NCBI GenBank assembly: GCA_040902265.1
Contig: JBBDXQ010000014.1
Span: forward strand, 1-49,138
Length of the DNA stretch: 49,138 nucleotides
DNA from: Anaerolineales bacterium
GTDB lineage: Bacteria; Chloroflexota; Anaerolineae; Anaerolineales; UBA11579
Direction of reading: 5' to 3'
Under the pieces are notes generated by a model that did no database searches, was not told where the DNA came from, and worked only from the letters and a program-made list of their open reading frames with translations. Shown piece by piece: positions 1 to 9,849 of this stretch. Within the stretch, counting starts at the first letter, position 1. Each line of letters starts with the position of its first letter. Made by a program: the position numbers and the translations under genes.

Positions 1-2
1 TG

Positions 3-258
3 ATCTTCGCCATGGCCAACCCCGATCCTGAGATCCGCTATGACGTGGCCAAGGCAACCCGTCCTGACGAGATCGTAGCTACTAGCCGCTCGGATTATCC
101 GAACCAAGATCAACAACGTGCTGGGATTCCCCTGCATTTTCCGCGGGGCGTTGGATGTGCGCGCCACCCATATTAACGACGAAATGAAGGTGGCCGCCGC
201 CAGAGCCCTCGCGGCACTGGCTAAAGAGGACGTGCCTGAGAGACCAAGGTTTAGTTGA
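3..258 (+). pseudogene. maeB: NADP-dependent malic enzyme fragment, frameshifted and truncated (begins upstream of window)
   Basis: Manual translation gives [11 protein letters not shown]...[11 protein letters not shown], then an extra base at about 106-108, then [44 protein letters not shown] and TGA at 256-258. These are hallmark malic-enzyme motifs; canonical ATGRSD reads ATSRSD. Confidence 0.85.
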
Positions 259-604
259 ACGTGTGGCGCTGAACGCGCTGGCATCCCTTATAATTGTGAT
301 CATGGTTGCCCCAGCCAATCCTAACCACATCGCTAGAACAATCCGTAGCCACGCCTCGACCGACGGTCCCTATCCTCTCAACGATTGTGGCTGTCGTGTT
401 CCATGGTGACTGGCCAGTGAGGATGCACGCCCGCCAGAACCCGATGGTCGATGACTGTCTGGTGAGCACCGGTGACCGGACGGCGGTCGTGCAGGCTGAC
501 GATTACCGCCGCTCATCCATTATCGGAAAGGTGGTTGCCACGCGCACATCGAAACCTACCCGGACAGCTCGTTCCTTGTACCCTGCGCGTTCGGAGGCCG
601 ACCG

Positions 605-1336
605 ATGACAATCACGCATCTTCATACCGGCCAATCCAACGCTGACGGCGCGGCAACCGGCGGCCCGGCGTGGCCGTTCTCGGCGAACAATCTCGCATGG
701 GACTGTGAGCCGACATTGACGGGTGCGGTCGGAACGCACTTCGTTCCGGCGACCCTCGGCGCTCCTCCATTCCTGCCGGATAACAAGAACTGTCATGGGT
801 TTTGGCTCGGCTACTACGTCGCAGCCGAGACAGCAAAGCCGGTTTGGACCATCCATGTCTCAAAGGGCGGCCAGAAAATCGAGCAGTGGTTGAACAACGG
901 GCCGATGACGCAGCGCATTCAGCAAATCTGGAACGTTGCGAGGCAGACGCCGTTTGTGGTCGCGGCTCAACTCTTTTCTTGGCACCAGGAGGGGAAGAAG
1001 GGGAACGGCGCCGAGGACATCGAAGCCTATCCGGCGAAATTCAACACGCTCCGGGACGACTATGTGGCACGAGGGCTAGTGAGCCCGAATGCGATCGTCC
1101 TGATCTACCCGAGATCGCCCTCGCTGTGGCAGTTCGCCATTGACTTCAACACCATGCTGACGACCCTTGCCGCAACCAATCCGCGATGGGCTTTTGTCTC
1201 GCCGCTCGACGCGGAGACTGGGCTGCCGCTCACGACAGTCCCCGGCCAGCCGGTTCATTTTGACGGGCCGGCGCTCTGTCAGCTCGGGTGGAATGCCTAC
1301 CACGAGTGGCATTTGAAGAAGCTGGCCGGCTACTAA
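605..1336 (+). CDS. SGNH-hydrolase, sialate O-acetylesterase (SASA)-like protein
   Basis: N-terminal GQSNA block I, WHQEG (variant of WHQGE) and a late His in PVHF; GGAGG SD upstream. Confidence 0.7.
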   Translation: MTITHLHTGQSNADGAATGGPAWPFSANNLAWDCEPTLTGAVGTHFVPATLGAPPFLPDNKNCHGFWLGYYVAAETAKPVWTIHVSKGGQKIEQWLNNGPMTQRIQQIWNVARQTPFVVAAQLFSWHQEGKKGNGAEDIEAYPAKFNTLRDDYVARGLVSPNAIVLIYPRSPSLWQFAIDFNTMLTTLAATNPRWAFVSPLDAETGLPLTTVPGQPVHFDGPALCQLGWNAYHEWHLKKLAGY

Positions 1337-1522
1337 TCACCGGGTCTGGAGCGCGGGAGCGCATCTCAAACGGAGTGGGACTGCCGAACATTAAACCAAT
1401 CAGGGATATAATCACCTCTTCAGTCTAGCGCATCTTGATCAGTATAATTTAAGTCCAAAGCCAAAAGGAGCGTAGACGTACGGGCTAATGATGAATTGCT
1501 TGCCCTCGCATAGAGGAGACAT

Positions 1523-2509
1523 GTGATACCCACTGGTAAAGGCGTCTTCCTCTGGCAGGTAAAGCGCGTAAGATCAGGCGACCCTCGCTTAATCGCGGGG
1601 GCAGCCCACAACGCGCGCTTGACACACGTTCTAATCAAGGTAGCCGACGGCACAAATAGCTATAACATCAACAACGGCGTAGACATGGTGCCTAATTTGG
1701 TTGCAGCTCTACGCGCCCGAGGCATCCAACCTTGGGGTTGGCAGTACGTATACGGCAAAAACCCGATTGCGGAAGCCAAAAAGGCCATCCAGCGAGTGAA
1801 ACAGCTCAATCTGGCTGGATTCGTGGTCAATGCTGAGGGACCTTTTAAAACCAAGGGCATGGATAAAGTTGCCAAGACCTACATGACGGAACTACGCAAG
1901 GAACTACCCAAACTTACTATCGGCCTAAGCTCTTACCGTTACCCTTCTTACCATCTCGACTTCCCATTTAAAGCTTTTCTGGATTTTTGCGATGTTAATA
2001 TGCCGCAAGTATATTGGATGGATATGAATAACCCAGGCCAGCAATTGCAAAAAAGCGTAACTGAGTTCAGAGCGCTTATGCCAAATCAGCCCATTGTGCC
2101 CACTGGGTCAGTTTTTTCACATGGCTCTTGGTCTGTAACACCTGAGCAGCTTACCGAATTTTTTATGAAAGCGCGTGCTCTCAAACTTCCTGGCGCCAAT
2201 TTATGGGAAATGGCCACAGCACGCGAAAAAGCCATTTGGTGGCGTGCTATCTGCGATTACGATTGGGATTCTGTACCCCCACACAAGGAGGAAAAAGTGA
2301 ATCTCCCAGTAACGACCCTTGCCGATCCAAAGCTGAACATTCGTAGCGGCCCAGGAACGCAATTTAACATCGTTGGAAGTTATCAGTTTAAATCTTCAGT
2401 TATAATTATTAATATAGTCCGAAAAAACCGGGGCCTATGGGGAAAGACCGATTTAGGTTGGATCGCTCTTCGCTATAACGGTTCTGCCCTCACAGATATA
2501 TGCAGCTGA
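1523..2509 (+). CDS. GH25-like glycoside hydrolase with C-terminal SH3b domain (putative cell-wall hydrolase)
   Basis: GKGVFLWQ, VLIKVADG, WGWQYVYG, VVNAE, MPQVYW TIM-barrel pattern; C-terminal LNIRSGPGT...GWI SH3b; GAGGAG SD before GTG. Confidence 0.7.
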   Translation: MIPTGKGVFLWQVKRVRSGDPRLIAGAAHNARLTHVLIKVADGTNSYNINNGVDMVPNLVAALRARGIQPWGWQYVYGKNPIAEAKKAIQRVKQLNLAGFVVNAEGPFKTKGMDKVAKTYMTELRKELPKLTIGLSSYRYPSYHLDFPFKAFLDFCDVNMPQVYWMDMNNPGQQLQKSVTEFRALMPNQPIVPTGSVFSHGSWSVTPEQLTEFFMKARALKLPGANLWEMATAREKAIWWRAICDYDWDSVPPHKEEKVNLPVTTLADPKLNIRSGPGTQFNIVGSYQFKSSVIIINIVRKNRGLWGKTDLGWIALRYNGSALTDICS

Positions 2510-2563
2510 GCTGGCATACCACATATTTGTTTTCAACTTATGCTTCAACCGGAATCAGGATGT

Positions 2564-3538
<975 letters not shown>

Positions 3539-3599
3539 TTAATTACGAACATTCTCAGTCTGGAATTTTAGCTTGAATACCCTAAGTCGACAAACAGCT

Positions 3600-3642
3600 T
3601 GTCATTCCGAGTGAGCCGCGTAGCCGCGAACCGAGGCATCCC
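3600..3642. repeat. Degenerate REP/MITE-like element of the GTCATTCCGAG...GAGG(A/C)ATC type
   Basis: TGTCATTCCGAG...CGAGGCATCC resembles a common short intergenic repeat family as I recall it; a related element lies at 46929-46998. Confidence 0.4.
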
Positions 3643-3828
3643 TTTACTGCAACCATGCTGGCTTATATGTGGAATTTGTTGAAGTGCGCCAATACCCCAC
3701 CATTAGGCCAGCGGCTCCAATTCAGATTAGAATTCCACTTGGGCTTTTCGTCAAATGGGTCTGCTTTGCACCCCTGGGGAGGCCATCACAGCCTTGAAAT
3801 TTGCTTTACTAAAGGAGCCATGTTTTAG

Positions 3829-4884
3829 ATGCTGAAAGTCTGGAAGCGCATCCATTGGGGAAAAGTGGGCCTCTTCGTGGTCAGCCTCTGGCTCTTCATC
3901 CTCGCCATCACCCTGATGAAAGAAGGCGCCCACGATTTTGCGCCCCTTGTCAAAACCACCTTCTCCATCAACAGCGTCTCCAACAGCCTGGGCTTTGGCT
4001 GGCTTTTTGCCTATTTCGTAATGAGCGGCTCGCCCGTAGCCGCCACCGCCCTCACCTTTTTCGATGTTGGCGCCATAACCAAGGCAGCCGCCTTTGCCAT
4101 GATCACCGGCAGCCGCCTGGGCGCCAGCCTCATCGTCCTGCTTATTGGCATCCTCTACGTGCTGCGCGGTCGCGATCGTTCCACCAGCCTTGGCATGGGC
4201 TTGCTCTCCCTCATGGTCACCGGCTCCACCTACATCATCGCCTTCTTCATGGGCCTTTTCATCCTCGAAACCGGCTGGCTGGACCATCTGCAGGTGCGCA
4301 CTGGTCCCGTCCTCGCCTCTGTCATAGATGTCATCCTGACGCCCATTGTCGGCCCCCTGGCTTCCTGGCTGCCGGGGTGGGCTCTCTTTCTCCTCGGCCT
4401 GGCCATCATCATCTTGAGTTTTAATCTGTTCGATCGCTGCCTCCCAACCATGGCCATCAAGCAAAGCCAGGTGGGCCGCCTTTCCCGCCTCATCTACCGT
4501 CCCTGGGTCATGTTCCTGCTCGGCGCCCTGGTCACCTCCATCTCCATGTCGGTCAGCGTCTCCCTTTCCATCCTGGTGCCGCTCAGCAACCGCGGCTTTG
4601 TGCGCCGCGAAAATGTGATTCCCTACATCATGGGCGCCAACATCACCACCTTTATAGACACGCTCATCGCTGCCATCCTCCTGCAAGATCCCGCCGCCTT
4701 CACCATCGTCCTCGTCGAAATGCTGAGCATCGCCATCGTCTCCGCCCTGATCCTTGCATTTTTCTTTAGCTCTTTCCAGAACCGCGTCTTGTCTATCGAA
4801 AGCTGGCTCATCCGCAGCAACCGGCGCCTGGCTCTTTTCATTGGCGTCATCTTTTTCATCCCGCTCCTGTTGGTTTTGATCTAA
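3829..4884 (+). CDS. Na+/phosphate cotransporter family membrane protein (short form, no PhoU tail)
   Basis: Two re-entrant repeats (MSGSPVAATALT...GSRLGAS and SVSVSLSILVPL...IMGANITT); multiple TM helices. Confidence 0.8.
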   Translation: MLKVWKRIHWGKVGLFVVSLWLFILAITLMKEGAHDFAPLVKTTFSINSVSNSLGFGWLFAYFVMSGSPVAATALTFFDVGAITKAAAFAMITGSRLGASLIVLLIGILYVLRGRDRSTSLGMGLLSLMVTGSTYIIAFFMGLFILETGWLDHLQVRTGPVLASVIDVILTPIVGPLASWLPGWALFLLGLAIIILSFNLFDRCLPTMAIKQSQVGRLSRLIYRPWVMFLLGALVTSISMSVSVSLSILVPLSNRGFVRRENVIPYIMGANITTFIDTLIAAILLQDPAAFTIVLVEMLSIAIVSALILAFFFSSFQNRVLSIESWLIRSNRRLALFIGVIFFIPLLLVLI

Positions 4885-4897
4885 AGGAGGTTGAGAC

Positions 4898-5752
4898 TTG
4901 GTCATGAAAGTACTTATACCCACAGACGGAACCAATGCTGCCGTACCCGCCATCATGCAGGCTGGCTTTGCCGCTCGCACCTTGGGCGCAAAACTGACCC
5001 TGCTGGCCGTAGTCCGCTCGAAAAACCGCCTGCCTGAAAGCCAGGCTATCCTGGAGCACGCTCAGCGCATTTTGCGCGAGATAAACGTCGAAGCCGAAAC
5101 CAGGACTCGCCTTGGGCATCCGCTGACTGAGCTCCTCGCCGAAGTCGCTGAGAGCGCGTATGACCTGGTGGTCATGGGCGGGCTCCGCGTGCTCAGCTGG
5201 CCCGAACGTTTCGCTGGCGATGCGGCCCGCAGCATGCTTTCCGCCATGCCCACCGCGGTCCTCTTTGCCAAAGGCGTCAGCGACGATTTTGATCGCATCT
5301 TGCTCTGCGATAGCCTCGGCTTGGATGGCACCCTCATCCGGGTCTTGAACAAGCGTTTCCCGCAATTCTTCAAGGGGAAAAGGCAGATCACCATCCTGCA
5401 CGTCATGTCGCAGATCGGCGCCCAACCGGGGGTAAAGAGTTGGGAATTGCGCGCCTCTGCCGAGGAATTGATCGGCGCCGGAACCATCGAAGGCCAGCGC
5501 ATCCAGGAGGAATTAAGCGCGCTCACTGCCCGGTTCCGCTCGCAGGTCAAGCCCAAGATCCGTCATGGCGTTGTGGTCGAAGAGATCATGGCAGAAGCCG
5601 ACGAAGGTGGCTACGACTTGATCGTGGTCGGCGCCCACCACGGCGCGGGTTGGCAGCGGCTGCTGCTGGAAAACCTGGCCAGCCTCATCATCGCCAGCAG
5701 CCGTAAACCGGTGCTGGTCCTTCCCGGTTCCCAACCGGCAGAACACTTATAA
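4898..5752 (+). CDS. Tandem universal stress protein (two USP domains)
   Basis: KVLIPTDG...YDLVVMG and RILLCDS...YDLIVVGAH...PVLVL; AAGGAGG SD; directly follows the transporter. Confidence 0.9.
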   Translation: MVMKVLIPTDGTNAAVPAIMQAGFAARTLGAKLTLLAVVRSKNRLPESQAILEHAQRILREINVEAETRTRLGHPLTELLAEVAESAYDLVVMGGLRVLSWPERFAGDAARSMLSAMPTAVLFAKGVSDDFDRILLCDSLGLDGTLIRVLNKRFPQFFKGKRQITILHVMSQIGAQPGVKSWELRASAEELIGAGTIEGQRIQEELSALTARFRSQVKPKIRHGVVVEEIMAEADEGGYDLIVVGAHHGAGWQRLLLENLASLIIASSRKPVLVLPGSQPAEHL

Positions 5753-5884
5753 AATTAGGTTTCGAAGCAAACAGTGCCTGCATGGTATTCGGTATGATAT
5801 AACAATGTGCGAAAGCTGGGGACTTTTGAACCTAGGTCGCTATTAATAACTATAACAATAACAATAACAAAGGGACCTGATAGC

Positions 5885-7843
5885 ATGAAGGTACTGCTGA
5901 ACGGTGTGTTTTTTGCCTTGCTGGCGTTACTGCTTAGCCCTTTCGTTCCTAGTGCTTTGGCTGATGCAGCGCCTACATTTGCAATACCACAGGCAATACA
6001 GACTGATCAGATATATCATAAATACTATACAACTTGGTGGGATAACGAAAATGGAAAAATGTGGTTGCAATCATATGATCCTGATACTGGTGAATTAGTC
6101 AATATAGGCGTTATCCCTGGTGTAAAGACGAACGCTCAAGGTGAGGGCACCTATGATGCCGAGAATGGCTATTATGTGTTTACCACCAATCTAGGTTTAA
6201 CAGTTGTTGATATCAAGGATGCCTCTGTCGTAAATAGATTCCCACCAAGTTTACTTGCATATGAGTACAGTAACGAAAAAAAGGTAATCTATGGAATTAG
6301 AGAAGATGTCGAACTGCATAAATTAAAGTTGAGTTCAATTGATCTTAAAACGAACGAATTAATAGATATTGGTATTCTTCCCTTTCAAGTCAATTCTGTG
6401 GCGCAAGGCGAATCTACGTTCGATCAAGTACACGGCTATTACATATTTCATCATGCCGGGGGTAGTGTAGTAATCGTCGACACTCGAGATGCTTCCATTG
6501 TCAAAAGCTTTCAATTTTTAGGCAATGCTGAATATGATCCTGTTCAAGATCTATATTTCGGAATTGTTGAGAACCTGTGGGGGGAGGATCTATCTCTAGC
6601 TTCTTTTGATCTTAAAACTGGCGAAATCAGTGAGATTGGTACTATCCAAAACATTAAGCATTATCCGCAAGGAATCTCTACATATGATCCGGACCACGGT
6701 TATTATATGTTTAAAGGATTAACAAATTCGTTCTTTCCATATTACGTTATTGTTGATACTCGGGATGCCTCGATTGTCCACAAGTTTAATGTGGACACGA
6801 ACATTGTCGGTCTGCATCTAAGCCCTTATAAGATTGCTGCCCCTGCAAAAGATATTTTCAATCAATCAAAGGGAGGAAGTAACCCTGAGTATGCCTACAA
6901 GCTTCCAGAGAATGTACCTCAAGAAAAAGAAAACAGCAATTTGCCAAACACGTATCGTGTCCTGATTGACAACAACGGCGGGAGTTTCAGTGCTTTCAAA
7001 GTACTAGTAAAACTACCTGATGGAATTATCCCCGATGGCTATTCCAGCTGCCATTTGTCTATCCAGGTTAATGCGGAAAGCAATATACCATCTGGGTTTA
7101 CAACTGGTGTTGAAATCTACAATATTTCTATTCGGTGCGAACTAGGATATCTAAGTACCTTCACACACCCCATCACCGTTTGCCTTCTTCCGGAAATAGG
7201 TTCCACCAACAATATGCTGGTGTTCCACCAGCAGTCACCCAATGGGGCTTACTCACCCTTGCCTCTGGTAAGTGGTTCGGCGGGATATGTGTGTGGGACT
7301 ACCAACCATCTATCTAACTTCACCTTGGGTAACGTGAGCTTGCCCAATACTGGTTTTGCTCCTGATCGGGAAACAAGCTTGAGTGATCGATCCAAGTCAT
7401 TGGCTTACTTGGAGACTTCCTTGACTCTCATAATCCCCAAATTGGGTCTAGAAATGCCTATTGTGGGTGTTCCCCTCGCCGCTGGTGGTTGGGACACCAC
7501 ATGGCTTTACAACCAAGCAGGTTACCTAGAAACGACCGCGTTCCCTACCCAAGCTGGCAATACAGTACTGACTGGCCACGTTTGGGATGCCAATAATATT
7601 CCCGGTCCATTGGTGTATCTGAGTGATCTACAGTATAGCGATCAAATAATCATCAGTGCTTGGGGCATGGAGTATACCTATGAGGTTCGAACCTCTCGCT
7701 TAGTAAGCTCCTGGAATATGAGCGTAATGGGTCATAAAGACCTTGATTGGGTCACCCTTATCACGTGTGAAGGGTTTAATGAAAGCAGTAACAGCTACCT
7801 TTATCGGCGGGCTGTTCAGGCCGTGTTGGTGGGCGTGAAATAA
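5885..7843 (+). CDS. Secreted beta-propeller-repeat protein fused to LPNTG motif and C-terminal sortase domain
   Basis: Signal peptide from ATG 5885 (MKVLLNG...SALA); three repeats of about 90 aa ending V(V/I)VD(I/T)(K/R)DAS(V/I)V; LPNTG at 7340-7354; sortase catalytic GH, TLITC and R. The track start at 5807 is probably too long. Confidence 0.85.
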   Translation: MKVLLNGVFFALLALLLSPFVPSALADAAPTFAIPQAIQTDQIYHKYYTTWWDNENGKMWLQSYDPDTGELVNIGVIPGVKTNAQGEGTYDAENGYYVFTTNLGLTVVDIKDASVVNRFPPSLLAYEYSNEKKVIYGIREDVELHKLKLSSIDLKTNELIDIGILPFQVNSVAQGESTFDQVHGYYIFHHAGGSVVIVDTRDASIVKSFQFLGNAEYDPVQDLYFGIVENLWGEDLSLASFDLKTGEISEIGTIQNIKHYPQGISTYDPDHGYYMFKGLTNSFFPYYVIVDTRDASIVHKFNVDTNIVGLHLSPYKIAAPAKDIFNQSKGGSNPEYAYKLPENVPQEKENSNLPNTYRVLIDNNGGSFSAFKVLVKLPDGIIPDGYSSCHLSIQVNAESNIPSGFTTGVEIYNISIRCELGYLSTFTHPITVCLLPEIGSTNNMLVFHQQSPNGAYSPLPLVSGSAGYVCGTTNHLSNFTLGNVSLPNTGFAPDRETSLSDRSKSLAYLETSLTLIIPKLGLEMPIVGVPLAAGGWDTTWLYNQAGYLETTAFPTQAGNTVLTGHVWDANNIPGPLVYLSDLQYSDQIIISAWGMEYTYEVRTSRLVSSWNMSVMGHKDLDWVTLITCEGFNESSNSYLYRRAVQAVLVGVK

Positions 7844-7913
7844 ACTATAAATTGATTGATAGATGCCATAGCGAAGATCAGCGAATCGTCGCGACGGGGG
7901 GTCTAGAGAGCCA

Positions 7914-7942
7914 TTGACTTGCCTTAAGCGCTCCAATAGAAT
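7914..7942 (+). promoter_or_regulatory. Sigma70-type promoter for the S8 protease gene
   Basis: TTGACT (7914-7919), 17 bp, TAGAAT (7937-7942). Confidence 0.75.
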
Positions 7943-8054
7943 TACATGGTTAGCGCCGTTAGGCCGGCTATTTTTAGTAAGGCTCCTCAGATGAGGAACC
8001 CTGACCTGCAAGGAGATCATCATCTTTAAATTCACCTCAAAATACACCCTCGCA

Positions 8055-9596
8055 TTGAATTACATCATGGCGATCAGCCTTCTGGTCGGCCTCTTTGCTT
8101 TCAACCCGCATAGTCTGATCTTGGCAAAGGCAGCTTCTGGTTCGCCAAATGTTGCCCTCCAGGAAGCCACCGACCTGCCAACCGACGTCCCCACCGACAC
8201 GGAGACCCCTCTCCCAACCGAGACGGGTACACCAACTCCTACGGAAGAAAGCCAGCTTCCCACCGAAACCTCGTCACCCACCCCAACCTCTCAGCCAACC
8301 GCAACCTCTCAGCCAACCGCCACGTTAACCCCCACCCCGCCCCCCTCACCTACCTCCACCCAAACTCCTCACCCGGAGCTCCAGGGTGGCTTCCAGGCCG
8401 AGCTGATCATCCCGCAGGGCGTGCAACTTGTTCCAAATTCCTACATCGTAGTCTTTAAACCCGGCGTCAATTTGGCGCTGGCGGTCAGCAACGATCGCGC
8501 TCGCATCCAAAGCCTTGGAGGCGAGATCACCTTCACCTACACAGCCGCCTTGCAGGGGTATGCCGCCATCCTGTCGGGCCAAGCGCTTCGGGAAGTCAGG
8601 GCCAATCCGCTGGTCGATTACGTTACCGCCGATGGGATCATCTCCTTGGATGATACTCAGCAAATTGAAAATACTGCCACCCAGTCCAACCCGACCTGGG
8701 GTTTGGACCGCATCGACCAGCGCAACCTGCCGATTAACTCCACTTATATTTACAATAACGTCGCCCCCCGCGTGCATGTCTATGTGCTCGACACCGGCAT
8801 CTATATCCAACATAACGAATTTGGCGGGCGCGCCAATAAAGTATTCGACGCCTTCGAGAATGTGAAGACGGGCAACGATTGCCACGGGCACGGCACCCAT
8901 GTGGCCGCAACCATCGGCGGCACCAAATATGGCGTTGCCAAAAGGGTCAGGTTACACGCCGTCAGGGTCTTGAATTGTTTTGGGTCGGGTACCTATTCAG
9001 GCGTGATCGCCGGGGTGGATTGGGTTACCAAGCATCATGTAAAACCCGCGGTGGCCAACATGAGTCTGGGAGGCTTCAAACCGCCTCTCGTCTTGGACAC
9101 TGCAATTAAAAAATCCATCAAGGCTGGGGTGGTCTATGTGGTCGCCGCTGGGAATTCAAACGCCAACGCCTGCTCCTATTCGCCCGCCCGAGTGCCGCCC
9201 GCCATCACCGTCGGCGCAACCACAGCCAGCGATGCCCGCGCTTCCTTTTCGAACTGGGGCGCCTGCCTCGACATTTTTGCACCCGGACAAAGCATTACTT
9301 CCGCCTGGATCGGGTCCAAGAACGCCACCAACACCATCAGCGGCACCTCAATGGCTTCGCCCCACGTAGCTGGTGTCGCCGCCCTTTACCTCACCAGGAA
9401 CCCCTTGGCCAAGCCCGCCCAGGTCGCTAACGTGCTTATCAAGGGTTCCTCCCCCAACCGGGTCAAGAACCCAGCCGGGTCGCCAAACCGCCTCCTTTTT
9501 TCTCGCTTTGGCCTGTTAGCTTCCGCTCTATCCGAACAGTGGTTCGTCGCTTCCCTGCCCGCCTGGTGGGAAGAACCGCTCGATGTTTTCAACTAG
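8055..9596 (+). CDS. Secreted S8 subtilase (aqualysin/proteinase K-like) with Pro/Thr linker and I9 propeptide
   Basis: Triad motifs VLDTG, HGTHVA, GTSMASPHVAG; WGLDRIDQR; I9-like YIVVFK. True start may be ATC at 8022. Confidence 0.95.
   Translation: MNYIMAISLLVGLFAFNPHSLILAKAASGSPNVALQEATDLPTDVPTDTETPLPTETGTPTPTEESQLPTETSSPTPTSQPTATSQPTATLTPTPPPSPTSTQTPHPELQGGFQAELIIPQGVQLVPNSYIVVFKPGVNLALAVSNDRARIQSLGGEITFTYTAALQGYAAILSGQALREVRANPLVDYVTADGIISLDDTQQIENTATQSNPTWGLDRIDQRNLPINSTYIYNNVAPRVHVYVLDTGIYIQHNEFGGRANKVFDAFENVKTGNDCHGHGTHVAATIGGTKYGVAKRVRLHAVRVLNCFGSGTYSGVIAGVDWVTKHHVKPAVANMSLGGFKPPLVLDTAIKKSIKAGVVYVVAAGNSNANACSYSPARVPPAITVGATTASDARASFSNWGACLDIFAPGQSITSAWIGSKNATNTISGTSMASPHVAGVAALYLTRNPLAKPAQVANVLIKGSSPNRVKNPAGSPNRLLFSRFGLLASALSEQWFVASLPAWWEEPLDVFN
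8284..8319 (+). repeat. Perfect 18-bp tandem duplication within Pro/Thr linker
   Basis: CAACCTCTCAGCCAACCG twice, encoding TSQPTA twice. Confidence 0.9.
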
Positions 9597-9612
9597 TCTC
9601 CCTTAGTACTCC

Positions 9613-9643
9613 GGAGGCAAGGTCTAAGACTCTCCCTGCCTCC
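9613..9643 (+). terminator. Hairpin after S8 gene (no U-tract)
   Basis: GGAGGCA...TGCCTCC inverted repeat 16 nt after the stop. Confidence 0.35.
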
Positions 9644-9676
9644 CTGAAACCAGCCCGAAATGCTGCGCTAGGGTCA

Positions 9677-9705
9677 TTGACAGGGGGTGTGAATAGGTCT
9701 ACCAT
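9677..9705 (+). promoter_or_regulatory. Sigma70-type promoter for the lipoprotein-M4 protease pair
   Basis: TTGACA (9677-9682), 17 bp, TACCAT (9700-9705). Confidence 0.75.
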
Positions 9706-9849
9706 ATGTGTCTACTGGTGACGCGCGTCACAAATCATGGGGAATAACGCACTATCTGTCTTACTTCCTCACATTCGCCCGGAGTATTTGTATTGCCTGC
9801 TTGCTGTTAACCGGCCTTCCCCGGTTACGAAAGGCTTAGGGCGAATCCG

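Noticed and set aside
306-608. 100-aa ORF overlapping the SASA start by ATGA
   Set aside because: No recognisable motif, TTG start without clear SD; cannot support as a gene.
3820-3831. In-frame ATG TTT TAG ATG before the transporter (readthrough or mini-ORF)
   Set aside because: First ATG is only 2 nt from the SD; ATG 3829 explains initiation without recoding.
3751-4980. 409-aa minus-strand ORF
   Set aside because: Antisense shadow of the Na/Pi transporter; typical of GC-rich coding DNA.
5844-5870. (ATAACA)n microrepeat translated as ITITITIT in the track
   Set aside because: Lies upstream of the likely start at 5885; short AT-rich UTR repeat with no evidence of phase variation.
7949-8010. 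Possible riboswitch in the S8 leader (TCCTCA/TGAGGA hairpin)
   Set aside because: Short, and no match to riboswitch consensus motifs I can recognise.
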